Part shown: positions 1 to 10,326 of the stretch, piece after piece
Numbering within the stretch: the first letter of the stretch is position 1
Layout: every line of letters begins with the position of its first letter
Source: an uncultured virus (IMG/VR IMGVR_UViG_3300028805_000071)
Lineage: Duplodnaviria; Heunggongvirae; Uroviricota; Caudoviricetes
Direction: 5' to 3' (one strand)
Virus record (IMG/VR): IMGVR_UViG_3300028805_000071
DNA length: 20,000 bases
Translations under genes and position numbers: made by a program
The notes under the pieces: generated by a model
Databases searched by the model: none
Told to the model about the DNA's origin: nothing
Seen by the model: only the letters and a program-made list of their open reading frames with translations

Positions 1-770
1 TCCTCTTCTTCTTCGATAGGCTCTTCTTGTGGCTCTTCTGTAGGCTCAAGTTCTTCTTCAACAGAAGTAACTTCTAAATCTTTATTATCTTCCACAGATT
101 TTCCTCCTTCACTATTAATTCTATTTACCTGTTCAATTAGTGCAAATAATTTATTTTTAAAATCTTCATCAAATGAAAATTGAACCTTAGTAATTTGAGC
201 ACCTTCAAAGCAAGGCTCTACATCTTCGCCTAAAATGCACAATTTTGAGATAATAGCTTCATTAATAATAAAAAATTCGTAAAAATTATTATCATCTTCT
301 GTCCAAGTTCCTTTTAAAGAATTTGCATCTAATTCCATTGATTGATTGTTTCCTCTTTCGAGGATTCTCTGTGCCTCTGGATATTGTCCAGTCCAGAGAT
401 ACCCCTCAGTCATTAAATATTCATGCTCAACGCCGTCGTCCAGGAATTTCTGAAACCAAGCCTTTGCACCTAAATCTACAAACCCATATGGCTTTGTTGT
501 ATCAATTACATCAAACTTACCATTAGAGATATCAATAATTCTATTATGTTCTTCAAAATCATCCGTCTCTTTATTAAAGAAGCCAACGATAGGCGAACCG
601 GGTAAACTGTTCGCCATCTCTTTCGCTACTTCTTTAGTAATAACGCTACCGTTTCTATTAGGCTCTTCGCCAACATAACAAACTTTAATTTGACATTTAC
701 TAATTAAAGGGTTAATAGGTTGTAAATTTATTAATTCACAAGGAGTGTTTAATTTAATACTTGTATGCAT
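1..770 (-). CDS. Prohead protease / scaffold fusion (5' part; runs off the window edge)
   Basis: Missing from the ORF track because it has no stop in the window. ATG at 770-768 follows an AGGAGG overlapping the portal stop. Open frame MHTSIKLNTPCELINLQPINPLISKCQIKVCYVGEEPNRNGSVITKE...PIVG...EYLMTEGYLWTGQYPE...NQSMEL...LCILGEDVEPCFEGA then an acidic tail. Sits directly downstream of the portal. Confidence 0.75.
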   Translation of the reverse strand, partial: MHTSIKLNTPCELINLQPINPLISKCQIKVCYVGEEPNRNGSVITKEVAKEMANSLPGSPIVGFFNKETDDFEEHNRIIDISNGKFDVIDTTKPYGFVDLGAKAWFQKFLDDGVEHEYLMTEGYLWTGQYPEAQRILERGNNQSMELDANSLKGTWTEDDNNFYEFFIINEAIISKLCILGEDVEPCFEGAQITKVQFSFDEDFKNKLFALIEQVNRINSEGGKSVEDNKDLEVTSVEEELEPTEEPQEEPIEEEE

Positions 771-781
771 AAATCGCCCTC

Positions 782-2401
782 CTAATTCTTTGACTCTTCA
801 TTAGCCAGAGTTTTATCGCTCTTTTCTGATTGCTCCTTCTCAGGGCGACCAGCAGAGTTCCCCTCTACATTACCTTCAGTTTTACCACTAGAAGATTGAG
901 ACTTGTTGCCCAAAACATCTGTGCTGGACATAGTAGATGACATAAGAGGTGGAATCATAATCTCACTCAGATGAAGCATATTGTTTTCAAAGAATGCAGT
1001 GTTGATAATATCGCTTTGTGAATGTCCAAGAGCGATTTGCGGTAACATTTTAGAATATCCAATTTGTACTTGCTCTTTGTACATCTTTGATAATTCTTTA
1101 TAATTATATTGTGTTGTTTCTAACATATATAATCTAAAGTTAAATTTTTTAGCATACTTTGGTTCAAGATACTCTTGAGTAAGTTTATCAAAGAAAATTC
1201 TAAACTGTAATAATAAATGGCGCATTGAACCTTCATCAGATAATACAGATTTTTCTAACGCAAGATTTCCATCTGTATTGAATAAGTTCTTTGAAACACC
1301 TAATGCATTATATACAGTTCTTTCAACTCTTTCTAATTGGTCATTTGCTTCACTAGCATTTGTATCACTAATATCGATAGATTCTACATCTGCAAAAGTA
1401 GTTAATACATCTACACCAATAGCACGACTTAACATCATAACCGCATTATTATGAATATCTGCGGCTTCATCAACGTCAAAAATTAAATCTCCATTTTTAT
1501 CTCTTGGTAATTTTTGAACTAAAATTTTCATTAACTGTTGTAATTGTTTACGACGGTCAATGTCTTGAGCATCATCTAAATCTAAAATATTAGGGATGGC
1601 GTTTACGAACAATGGTAAATCGTCGTCTCCTCCCATGTCATGCAGAGAGAATTTAATTACAGAACCTGGTTCTAATAAATACCAACTACCATATTGAACG
1701 CCCCACTCGTCTCTTGGTAATTTACCTTCTTTATATAACATATACCCCTTTGCAAATTCGGGCGGGAACATTTTTAAAACTCTCATACGATAAGCAGGGT
1801 CGGCAAATTCAGCATCAAATCATTGCATATTAAATTCAACAGCTGGTAAATTACCTACATAATATCTTACTCGACAATAATCAATAGGTAATTTTTGCAC
1901 TAAAAATCCATGATTGCCTTCAAATACATAACCATAATAACATCCGTCTAATATTACATCACGAGAAATCTTATTACATAAATTCTTTAAATATGAACTG
2001 TCTAAATAATTTAACACACGATTAAATTGTTCAATAAGTTTTTCCTCTTTTACCTTTTGGTCATATACCTCTGGCACAATGTACCAATCCCACCTATACA
2101 TATTAGCATAATAATCACATACCTTTTGATAAATTCCGTTAACTCTATAAAAATATCTTGAAATTTTTCTTAAAGTAGGTAAATCTTTTCTTGCTAATGC
2201 TCTTAATATAAAATGTTTATCGGCATACATGCGCTCTGGGCCATTAATATATCGATAATAATTACCTAATTGTATTGTCGCATCTTGTACTGTTTTTACG
2301 CCGATTTTAACTTTATTATACTCGGTTGGGAGGGGGCCATCAACTAAATTAAAACCTTTTTCATGGATGGTTTCTTGCTTTGTTTTTTCTTCGTCCATCA
2401 A
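782..2401 (-). CDS. Portal protein, 539 aa with TGA (1820-1822) read as Trp
   Basis: ORFs 1820..2401 and 782..1786 are in frame and joined by an open bridge (VEFNMQ*FDAEFADPAYRMRVLK). GGAGG RBS before 2401, TAG stop. Size and position between TerL and protease fit a portal. Confidence 0.8.
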
Positions 2402-2414
2402 TTAACCTCCTCAT

Positions 2415-2777
2415 TTAATTATTTCCATAAGCCTTTTGGATAATATAATCATAGGAAATTAAATTATCGTCCCAGTATGGAATTTCAACTAATGTAATAC
2501 CGTGCAATGCACAAAATCTTCTTTTCTTATTATCATTAAATTGTTGTTGATACAGGGCTTTTTTACCGCCAAATTTTGTACTTGCCTCATAATGCTGACG
2601 ACCTTGATATTCTATTAAAAAATCAATGCGGCCATCGTCATCAAATACGGCAAAGTCAAATCTTAACGGTTTACCATTGCTGGAGTTTAACCCCTCAAAT
2701 ACATACTCTTCTTTAAAGACTAAATTGGCATCGCGCAAAATCTCTTCAATTAAAATTTCTCCTCTACTAGCTCTCAT
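2415..2777 (-). CDS. PD-(D/E)XK / Vsr-like endonuclease-fold protein (120 aa)
   Basis: Motif LRFDFAV...LIEYQGRQHY...DNKKRRFC..HGITLVEIPYW is typical of small phage endonuclease-like proteins; tightly packed between TerL and portal. Confidence 0.65.
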   Translation of the reverse strand: MRASRGEILIEEILRDANLVFKEEYVFEGLNSSNGKPLRFDFAVFDDDGRIDFLIEYQGRQHYEASTKFGGKKALYQQQFNDNKKRRFCALHGITLVEIPYWDDNLISYDYIIQKAYGNN

Positions 2778-2786
2778 TTCATCCCC

Positions 2787-4514
2787 CTAATTCATAAACA
2801 TCCAATCTTTTGCATTAAACCGCTTATGTTTTCTATTCTCTTCTTCATGTTTAATATAATATAAACCATATTCCAACGCAGAGAATTTATCTTTTCGTAT
2901 TTTCTTATTTGCCTGTTTTAAATTAATATTTAATCCTTCATTTTCTTCACGCAAATTCAACATTTCTTCTTTTAAAATCGATGTAAGAGTAAATGGGCGT
3001 AAATATTCAGCTCTTTCTTCGGGCGTCATATTCTGGCCCACCTTTGTTCCTAATAATTTATTCTTTGCGTCTTTCTCATCAATTAAAAATTTAATTTTTC
3101 CAGCGTTTAATCTTGCTTGTACATTACTATGAGCGTCGCTGTTGATTGGTGCATTCGCTTTAATAATATATACAGCCTCTTGTTCAGTCTTTTTTGTCTT
3201 ATATTTATGATAAGAACCATCATTATCATTATAAATACCAAAATCAGGATATATATCCCCGGTAATAGGGTCTTCTTGCGACATAACCATCTCATCAATA
3301 AGACCAATACCAAGTCCATTACCATCTATAACCAATCTTCTTGCCTTATATTTATAATATAACTGCTTTAATTTAATCGCTTGATATTTAAAATGCTCAT
3401 CAGATAGTGTATAAATATTTACAACCGACGCAATTGAGTCTCCCATCGTTTGTGGATTTACTTTGAATACTATAGCAACTGAATCGCAGTCTTTACGACC
3501 AACGTCGACGCCAATAACATAATAACTTTGCGACCCACTGCGTTTAGAATACTCATATTCTGGCTTTTGGAGCTCGCGATTTCGGTCAAAAGCTTCTGCG
3601 CGGAAGAATGCGTCTTCGCTAGAGCCCGACCATTCAGATTCATACTCTCTAGAAAAGGCGGCGTCATTGAAAGAGCCGTCATTTTTAAGGTCTTGAATGA
3701 AATTTTTGCTTTGTAGACCCGTTAAAACAGGAATTCTTCAAGTTCCGCCCATTACAAAAGCTTTATCTGGCTCTGTAACCATCCAAACTAGGAATTGAAT
3801 GAGTTTATCATAACTAAAAGTGCCTTTTCAGCCAGCTGTGGTTACAAAAATTTGCGATTTATTTAATGTTTCATCATCGTGACGAGTTCCATCCATCGCT
3901 AAACGTGATACGTTCATAGTTGGTAAGATAACTGTAGATAAAATATCGCCATCTACGCCGACACACTCTTCAATTAAGCCTCCGTGGAAACGCTTACCAC
4001 GAGAACGCTCACTTGCGGCAACGTTTGTAAGCATCGAACCGCCCTTAAACATATAAATAACAGTATCTTTAGACTCACGTGTGCGTCCAGGACGTCTATC
4101 TAGCTCATTTTCAAAGGCTGGAATTAATGAACAAATTTCATTAACCTTATCTTTTGCGATACCAGCGGCCTGCTCTTTACCTCCAGAAGTAATAAACAGC
4201 TTACTACGGGGGTATAAAATACAACGGCACATTAAAATCATAATAGATAAGAATGATTTTGAATAGGCTCGAGGGAAAACCCCGTAGACATACTTATAAC
4301 GCATGGCCACTCGCAAGAAAATTCGTTGATAAAAATAAAAATGGAAGTTCTGCGGGTTGCCTTGCTCAAGCATAAAGTCTACAAATAAATCAGGGTATTC
4401 CCGCCAAAACGCAATATATTGACGAATGGCGGGTTTAACCGCTTCAATACGTTCTGGGGAAATACCTATTTTCTTTCGTTTCGTCGATAAATCTAATAAA
4501 TCTTGCAGAGCCAT
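2787..4514 (-). CDS. terL: Terminase large subunit, 575 aa with TGA at 3828-3830 and 3738-3740 read as Trp
   Basis: Walker A-like FPRAYSKS, Walker B GGLIEE, coupling motif VTTAG, then *KGTFSYDKLIQFLVWM...MGGT*RIPV...FSREYESEWSG, nuclease motif VIGVDVG, VIDGNGLG and KDKFSALEY. One continuous frame apart from two TGAs; ends in TAG. Confidence 0.92.
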
Positions 4515-5750
4515 TTAAAACACCTCCCCGGTGTCTAATAGCTTCTTTAAATATTCATCGTCAGCAGCTTCTTGCTCTTCTTCAAAGTCATTAAATTCAT
4601 TATAATCTTCTTCAGTAATAAATTCAGTGGAGTCCTCGGCAAAGATTTTTTCCTCAAACTCTTCATCGCTGCCCCAAACCTCATCTTCAGACACATCTTC
4701 TTCTTCAGCAGCTTTCTGTTTATCAGCATTAATATCTTGAACAGCTTTTTCAATTAAAGCGCCAAGGTGCGGGTCTTCAGAAATTAAACGACGAGTATAA
4801 TTTTGTAAATCTTCTAATACTCTATCCGCCTTATCCTGCGGTCCATCAGTGTAATAACGAGGAATAAAGCCATCTTGTTCGCAAATCATAACCAATTCAG
4901 AAACAGCATTTGCGTAATCACCATTTTCTGCTTTATTTTGCGCAGCGGTAAACTTGCCCGAACGCATTAATGCGTCATATACTTTACTAACCTTTTGGAA
5001 TCCATCAACATCACCGATATCCAAAAGCTGGTCCATCTTTAAAGAGGCTTTACAAATCTTCTTTAAAGTATCAATATGGCCAGCAGCTTGAATATCATAT
5101 GACTCCATCATGTCATTATAAAGCTGTTCCATTTTAACCCATTCTTCGGGTTTATAAAGAGCACCCCATTTTAAACGTAAATAGGTAACATCTTCATCAG
5201 TTAATCCTAAATCATCGGCAGAAGCCTCAGGAAGTTGAGACCAGCGCTCAACGGCATTCCCTGTTTCTTCTTCATCTTCTTCTGGCTCTTCATCAGGACG
5301 AGGCGGCATTTGAGTTCTGCCTTGTTCAATAGCAAGAGCTATGTCAGCAGCGTCGTATCCTTGGCGACGCATCGTGTCTTTAATTTTCGCATCCGCTAAT
5401 TCTTGTAAAAATTCTGTATCTTTCCAACGAAAATCTTTATATTGTTTAATTCTCATAGTGGAAATATACCGACCCAAGATAGTTTTACCGGAAACGTCTC
5501 TGCGATTGCGTCCGTATCGACTTAATAATTTATTTCATTGTTCTGGTATATATGGAATATCAAGTTCCTCTAAAACTGGTTTATAAGTTTCAGGGTCCCA
5601 GTTATCGATATGCATCGTAAGACAGTTCTTACATACATTCATAATTCCATCTTCTGGGTATTTTTCAAGATTATTAGAGCGATAGAAATTATCGGCACTC
5701 ATTGTTCGATGACATTTGTCGCAATAGTACAATTTTTCATCTAAACCCAT
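4515..5750 (-). CDS. 411-aa protein with N-terminal CxxC..CxxC zinc finger and acidic tail (TGA 5535-5537 = Trp); terminase small subunit candidate
   Basis: ORFs 5535..5750 and 4515..5477 are in frame with an open bridge PYIPEQ*NKLLSRYGRNRRDVSGKTILGRY. AGGAG RBS; stop abuts the terL ATG. The TerS call rests on position only. Confidence 0.7.
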
Positions 5751-5775
5751 ATTTTCGCTCCTTTCTTTTTTTTAT

Positions 5776-5802
5776 AAAAAAAGAGGTTTTTCACCTCTTT
5801 TT
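5776..5802 (-). terminator. Bidirectional intrinsic terminator-like hairpin
   Basis: AAAAAGAGGT-TTTTC-ACCTCTTTTT with T runs on both strands, between the 353-aa and 411-aa genes. Confidence 0.55.
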
Positions 5803-5821
5803 CTATATATTTTGGCTTTTT

Positions 5822-6883
5822 TTATATGTTTATTGATGTTTTTTGTCCATTTCTGCAATTTTTACAAATAGAATAAAATCCGTCTTTACTTGTATTGTTT
5901 TTACTGAAGTAACGTGAGTGCGCCAATTTCACTTTACCGCAACGACTGCAGCGTTTATATTTGCCTTTTTCTTTAAAAGTATAATACCAATTAAGAAAAT
6001 ATTCTTGCGATAAGTCTGAAATTAAATTAGGAATTTTCTTGCGCCATAATGAAGAAATATATTCTAAGGAGTGGGTTGTTCCAAATTCTTCGTCTAAAAC
6101 TTCTTGAATGGCTTGATTAGAGAGTCCATCAATTTTTAATTCAGTAATACGTAAAAGTAAAGGATGCGATTGAAGAGCGGCCCAAGAAATTGTATCAAAA
6201 TCTTGCATGATACACCATAAATCACTTGTGGGGTGTTCTCACGCATTTTGCTTTAAATTAGAATAATTGCATAAGATACCAGAGCAACATCTAGGGTCAC
6301 ATAAACTAATCCCGCTCCAGCGCACGGTCCCATCGGCTTCAACCCATTCTTCACTTTCCAGCTTTACTGTGCTGGGAAGGGAGTAGTGAATTGAATGGGC
6401 ATGAATTAAATACTCGCTTTTAATTTGATATTGTTGTTTACGAAAGTCAATTAATGCTTTCTTGGCGAGATACTTATTACGACCGGTCGCAGTTGCAGAA
6501 ATCTTTTTCCATGCTTCAATGGCTTCTTGCACCTCCCGCATTCCCGGGAGGGTATCAATATCATGCTGTGTAATTTTTTGTTTTGGTTGGAAAAGGATGT
6601 GCTTATTATCATTTTTAATTGCATAAATACCATCTTCGCCATTCTCGAATTTATCAGCTAATGCTTGATAAGATGTTTCGCGTTTGTTGATGGTTACCAT
6701 GCGGTTTTCTGTCAGGATTTTTTTCTGTTTGCGTTCTTCCTTTTCCATGCAGAAAATTAGATAGTCAGCTAACACTTCAAGGTCATCATTAGTAAGGTCA
6801 GGATTCTCAGCGACAATTTGTTCTACATACTCCTTGCGCGCTAAAGAACTTTCTAATGTGTAATCCAATTTTACTGTTATCAT
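5822..6883 (-). CDS. 353-aa putative DNA-binding regulator (C-terminal HTH-like segment plus CxxC..CxxC finger; TGA 6239-6241 = Trp)
   Basis: ORFs 6239..6883 and 5822..6208 are in frame with bridge NYSNLKQNA*EHPTSDLWCIMQDFD. GGAGG RBS at 6891-6895. Contains ELKIDGLSNQAIQEVL...EYISSLW (HTH-like) and CSRC...CKNC. Confidence 0.7.
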
Positions 6884-6903
6884 TCAACTACCTCCATAGT
6901 AGC

Positions 6904-6932
6904 ATTATAGCAAAAAATATTATGTAAAGCAA
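6904..6932 (-). promoter_or_regulatory. Sigma-A-type promoter, leftward
   Basis: TTGCTT-17 bp-TATAAT with extended TG on the minus strand, just upstream of the 353-aa gene. Confidence 0.7.
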
Positions 6933-6939
6933 AAAAATA

Positions 6940-6968
6940 TTGACAAAATTATAAAAATTTGATATAAT
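6940..6968 (+). promoter_or_regulatory. Consensus sigma-A promoter, rightward
   Basis: TTGACA(6940)-17 bp-TATAAT(6963) with extended TG. Confidence 0.85.
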
Positions 6969-7005
6969 TTATATATAAAAAATATATTGGGATAAAAATA
7001 AAATT

Positions 7006-7209
7006 ATGGAATTAATATCAAAAGAAGAATTAATTAAAGAATTAAAAGGCTCGGTATTAATGATGAGAGATATTCCCACCTGGCCGCCCACATATGAAGA
7101 TACTAATATTTTTCATATTATAGATAAAATACCAGTTATTGAAGTAGATGAAGATGTAATGCCTCCCTGCGCATGGGGCGACAGTTGTGCATACTACACT
7201 TCAGAGTAA
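7006..7209 (+). CDS. Hypothetical protein, paralog family A (N-terminal part only)
   Basis: MELISKEELI...IDKIPVIE resembles the genes at 7447, 10554 and 10940. Confidence 0.7.
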   Translation: MELISKEELIKELKGSVLMMRDIPTWPPTYEDTNIFHIIDKIPVIEVDEDVMPPCAWGDSCAYYTSE

Positions 7210-7221
7210 GGAGATAGGTAA

Positions 7222-7434
7222 ATGGCAAAACTTAAATTTGATATACAAGAAAGTTCGCCACTTATTAAATTTGGCGCACTACAAGAAGGTGAAATATTTT
7301 TGTATCATAATGCACCTTTTATAAAAGCAAACGATAATCACGTACCTAATTTAGTTAATGGCTGTTGGACGTTAATTGATGATGATGAACTTGTTACTTA
7401 CGTCAAATCTGCTGAATTAAAATTAACGATATAA
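7222..7434 (+). CDS. Hypothetical protein (70 aa)
   Basis: RBS-like AGGAGATAGG; tiles in the operon. Confidence 0.7.
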   Translation: MAKLKFDIQESSPLIKFGALQEGEIFLYHNAPFIKANDNHVPNLVNGCWTLIDDDELVTYVKSAELKLTI

Positions 7435-7446
7435 TAAGAGGAAAAA

Positions 7447-7710
7447 ATGGATTTAATATCAAAAGCTGAGGCAATTAGCGCAATAGATAATATGAGAGCG
7501 CAGCCGGACGAAGATGGATATTTATTAATTTATAAAATGGATGCAGTAGATAATATTAGATGTTTACCAGTACAAGAACCTAAACGAGGCTATTGGATAG
7601 TCGATAAAGATAATATTGGATGTTCAGAATGTGATACGTGGTATATATCAAAGTACATGACGCACAGGAACTTTTGTCCTAATTGCGGAGTATTAATGGA
7701 GGAAGAATAA
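7447..7710 (+). CDS. Zinc-ribbon protein, paralog family A
   Basis: MDLISKAEAI...LPVQEPKRGYW...CSEC...FCPNCG; GAGG RBS. Confidence 0.8.
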   Translation: MDLISKAEAISAIDNMRAQPDEDGYLLIYKMDAVDNIRCLPVQEPKRGYWIVDKDNIGCSECDTWYISKYMTHRNFCPNCGVLMEEE

Positions 7711-7711
7711 T

Positions 7712-7918
7712 ATGGAAGTAGCAATAAAACCTTGTCCTTATTGCGACGATGCTTGGGTATATGCTTCTGTTGGAGATTATGGAAGTGGATATGAAAGTTA
7801 TGGCTATCGAATGCAGTGCAGATGTGGGTTTGCTTGGAAAACTATCAACTGGCATGATAACAAAGATGAGGCGATAAAGGAATGGAATGCGGAGGTGTCT
7901 AATGATAGCAATTCCTAA
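7712..7918 (+). CDS. Lar-like (restriction alleviation family) zinc-finger protein
   Basis: IKPCPYC...CRCG...EAIKEWN resembles the Lar-family pattern KPCPFCG...CxxCG...A...WN; GGAGG RBS. Confidence 0.6.
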   Translation: MEVAIKPCPYCDDAWVYASVGDYGSGYESYGYRMQCRCGFAWKTINWHDNKDEAIKEWNAEVSNDSNS

Positions 7919-8201
7919 TATAGATAAGCCGCAGCGTTGTCAAGAATGCCCGGCACATACATTTAACTATGGATATATTCCAGGTGACAATGGTTGTCGC
8001 ATTTTGAAACGTGCATTCAATATAGATAAGTTAGATATAAACCCTTTTAATGAAGTTCTTCCCGATTGCCCGTTAATCGACATTGTAGAATGTTGGGAAT
8101 GCGAATATTATAGGGGCCATGAAGAATATTGTGATATAGACCAGTTTGCAAGAGAACATGGTTTTTGCTATAGCGGAAAAAGGAGAAACAATGGCGTATA
8201 A
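7902..8201 (+). CDS. Cys-rich hypothetical protein (99 aa)
   Basis: GGAGG then ATG at 7902; MIAIPNIDKP..CQECP...CPL..IVECWECEY...C...FC. Confidence 0.75.
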   Translation: MIAIPNIDKPQRCQECPAHTFNYGYIPGDNGCRILKRAFNIDKLDINPFNEVLPDCPLIDIVECWECEYYRGHEEYCDIDQFAREHGFCYSGKRRNNGV

Positions 8202-8376
8202 ACAATTATGTGACATTTGTGGGCAGGAAATCCACGAGGTGTATTTCGACCCAAGGAAATTCAAGTACAAGCGAAGAATATTCGGCACTTATGAAACGGT
8301 GGACATCTGTCAAGAATGTGCAGAAGAAATGGAGAAATACATTAGAGAAAGGAAAAAGAATGGCGCAACTGATTAA
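8191..8376 (+). CDS. CDIC..CxxC zinc-finger protein, paralog family C (61 aa)
   Basis: AGGAG RBS before ATG 8191; CDICG...DICQECAEE, similar to the gene at 10327. Confidence 0.75.
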   Translation: MAYKQLCDICGQEIHEVYFDPRKFKYKRRIFGTYETVDICQECAEEMEKYIRERKKNGATD

Positions 8377-8869
8377 AGCACCGAGCCAAGAAGAGCCTAA
8401 ATACATTTCTGTATTTTTAGCAGGAGGTATCACTAACTGTAAGAATTGGCAGAAAGAAGTCGAGAAATATCTCTCTAATATAAAAAAGATTTCTGTTATT
8501 AACCCACGGAACGATAAATTTGATGTTACAAATGAACAAGCATCAAAGAATCAGATACAGTGGGAGTTTGACCGATTGGAAAAGGCAGACATATTTAGTA
8601 TGTACTTTTGCAATAGTGACTCGGTTCAGCCCATATGTCTTTATGAACTTGGAAGAAATATAGTCCGTATGCAGCAGAGATTCCCAAACGATTGGGAGGA
8701 CAGAATAATTATAAGCGTAGAAAACGGATACTCAAGAGAGTTCGACGTGATTATGCAGACAAAGTTGTGCGCATCAAGGCTATTAGTATTTACAAATGCT
8801 AGTCCTTATTCTCACGCAGTAAAAATAGATGAGAAAGTAACAAAGATAAGGAGCAACGATGATATATAA
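8360..8869 (+). CDS. Nucleoside 2-deoxyribosyltransferase-like protein (169 aa)
   Basis: VFLAGGIT..WQ...INPR...QIQWE..LEKAD...YF...QPICLYELG motif set; AAGGA RBS before ATG 8360. Confidence 0.75.
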   Translation: MAQLIKAPSQEEPKYISVFLAGGITNCKNWQKEVEKYLSNIKKISVINPRNDKFDVTNEQASKNQIQWEFDRLEKADIFSMYFCNSDSVQPICLYELGRNIVRMQQRFPNDWEDRIIISVENGYSREFDVIMQTKLCASRLLVFTNASPYSHAVKIDEKVTKIRSNDDI

Positions 8870-9137
8870 GAAATACCAGGCAAACCACGAAGAAGAGAAA
8901 ATAGAAACAGACGGGTGTAATGGATGTAAATATATTTTTGTACAGACCTGGGAAGAACCATGCAGACGATGTAAGCGTACCGCAAAGGACTTATATGAAA
9001 GGGCAAGTAATGAGATAAAACAAACGATAGAGGTATCTATTGAATCACTCAATGCTGATAGAGAAACAAATCGTAAAATATTAGACGATATTAAATCAGG
9101 CAAAGGATTACCGCCGATAAAAATGGAGGGAAGATAA
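8859..9137 (+). CDS. Hypothetical protein with CxxC..CxxC (92 aa)
   Basis: AGGAG RBS; overlaps its neighbours in operon fashion. Confidence 0.7.
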   Translation: MIYKKYQANHEEEKIETDGCNGCKYIFVQTWEEPCRRCKRTAKDLYERASNEIKQTIEVSIESLNADRETNRKILDDIKSGKGLPPIKMEGR

Positions 9138-9415
9138 TGAGCTTAATACTTGAAGGCATAGACCTGCCGAAAGGCGAGACAGCAGAAGTAATAATTCGCA
9201 TTCAGCCGAATGGAGATATAAAAGATGGGCACGGAATATTATTAACAGAAACAAAAGCCACGCAGATATCCACCCCACACGGAAGGTTAATAGATGGCGG
9301 CAAACTTGACAAACTTGTTCATGAATGGAGTCCCGTCTATACATATGGAAGAAGTGCATTTACCAGAGCGATAGAAAATGCACCCACGATATTAAAAGCA
9401 GAAGGAGAATGGTGA
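9137..9415 (+). CDS. Hypothetical protein, paralog family B
   Basis: MSLILEGIDLPK...HGRLID...IENAPTILKAE; ends in TGA overlapping the next ATG (TGATG). Confidence 0.8.
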   Translation: MSLILEGIDLPKGETAEVIIRIQPNGDIKDGHGILLTETKATQISTPHGRLIDGGKLDKLVHEWSPVYTYGRSAFTRAIENAPTILKAEGEW

Positions 9416-9702
9416 TGTCGTTTATAGTAAAGGGCATTGATTTACCAAAGGATAATAATAGTTTAGACATTCATATTTTTAATGGAAAAGTGGAAGTAGT
9501 ACATCCGTTAGACGCTTGTGAATTAGCGCATATTAATGGCGAAGCTATCCAGATTCCTAAAGGCCATGGAGATATTAAAGATGTTAGTAAATTGCGCGTT
9601 AGCGAATATGATTGCGAGGGAGAGGTTAGTTGGTACACTATAAGGGCAGTGGATACGTGGGATATTGAGAATGCTCCAACGATATTAGAAAGTGAGAAAT
9701 AA
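9415..9702 (+). CDS. Hypothetical protein, paralog family B
   Basis: MSFIVKGIDLPK...IQIPKGHGDIKD...IENAPTILESE. Confidence 0.8.
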   Translation: MSFIVKGIDLPKDNNSLDIHIFNGKVEVVHPLDACELAHINGEAIQIPKGHGDIKDVSKLRVSEYDCEGEVSWYTIRAVDTWDIENAPTILESEK

Positions 9703-9703
9703 G

Positions 9704-9997
9704 ATGCAAATAGTAATAGATATACCTAATAGTGATATTACATCAAAACAAAATATTATAAATCTTGATTTGCATTTTATTGATGGACATATTTGCGAAT
9801 GCACCTATCCGTTTAAAGAACTACCCAAAGAACATGGAAAGCTGATAGACGCAGATGAAACAAGAAAGCAATATTACCAATGGATGGAAGAGTTATTACA
9901 ATCAACAACCATTAATATGTCCGCAGAGGCGTTGAGTTTATTATGCGGATTCACTTTAATAAATAATGCCCCGGCAGTATTAGAAGCAGAGGAGTAA
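9704..9997 (+). CDS. Hypothetical protein, paralog family B
   Basis: MQIVIDIP...LPKEHGKLIDAD...INNAPAVLEAEE. Confidence 0.8.
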   Translation: MQIVIDIPNSDITSKQNIINLDLHFIDGHICECTYPFKELPKEHGKLIDADETRKQYYQWMEELLQSTTINMSAEALSLLCGFTLINNAPAVLEAEE

Positions 9998-9998
9998 A

Positions 9999-10325
9999 AT
10001 GAGTTTAGTAATAAAAGGAATTAATAAACCAAAGGAAGGCGAAATGGTCGTTATAGGAATACAAGCGACAGACGCAGTTATTGATACTTGGGAAACCAGC
10101 GAAATAGATGGAGAAGACGTATTTGTAAAACGAGAACATATTAAACACGCTGATATTATTCAAATTCCAGAGGAGCATGGAGATATTAAAGATATCAATA
10201 CTTTTGTAAAAGATAAAAGTATATACGAATGCATTGAAAATGATGTATTTAACAAGAAATATACTTATTTGGTTGGTGTAGGTGCTATATATAATGCGCC
10301 AACGATTTTAGAAGCGGAGGAGTAA
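9999..10325 (+). CDS. Hypothetical protein, paralog family B
   Basis: MSLVIKGINKPK...IQIPEEHGDIKD...YNAPTILEAEE. Confidence 0.8.
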   Translation: MSLVIKGINKPKEGEMVVIGIQATDAVIDTWETSEIDGEDVFVKREHIKHADIIQIPEEHGDIKDINTFVKDKSIYECIENDVFNKKYTYLVGVGAIYNAPTILEAEE

Positions 10326-10326
10326 T

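Noticed and set aside
782..6883. Pseudogenes, split genes or introns in terL, portal and neighbours
   Set aside because: All five breaks are the same codon (TGA), in frame, with no frameshifts or inserted sequence; recoding is more parsimonious.
782..6883. Selenocysteine insertion at the UGAs
   Set aside because: Not redox enzymes, contexts fit an aromatic residue, and no evident SECIS hairpins follow.
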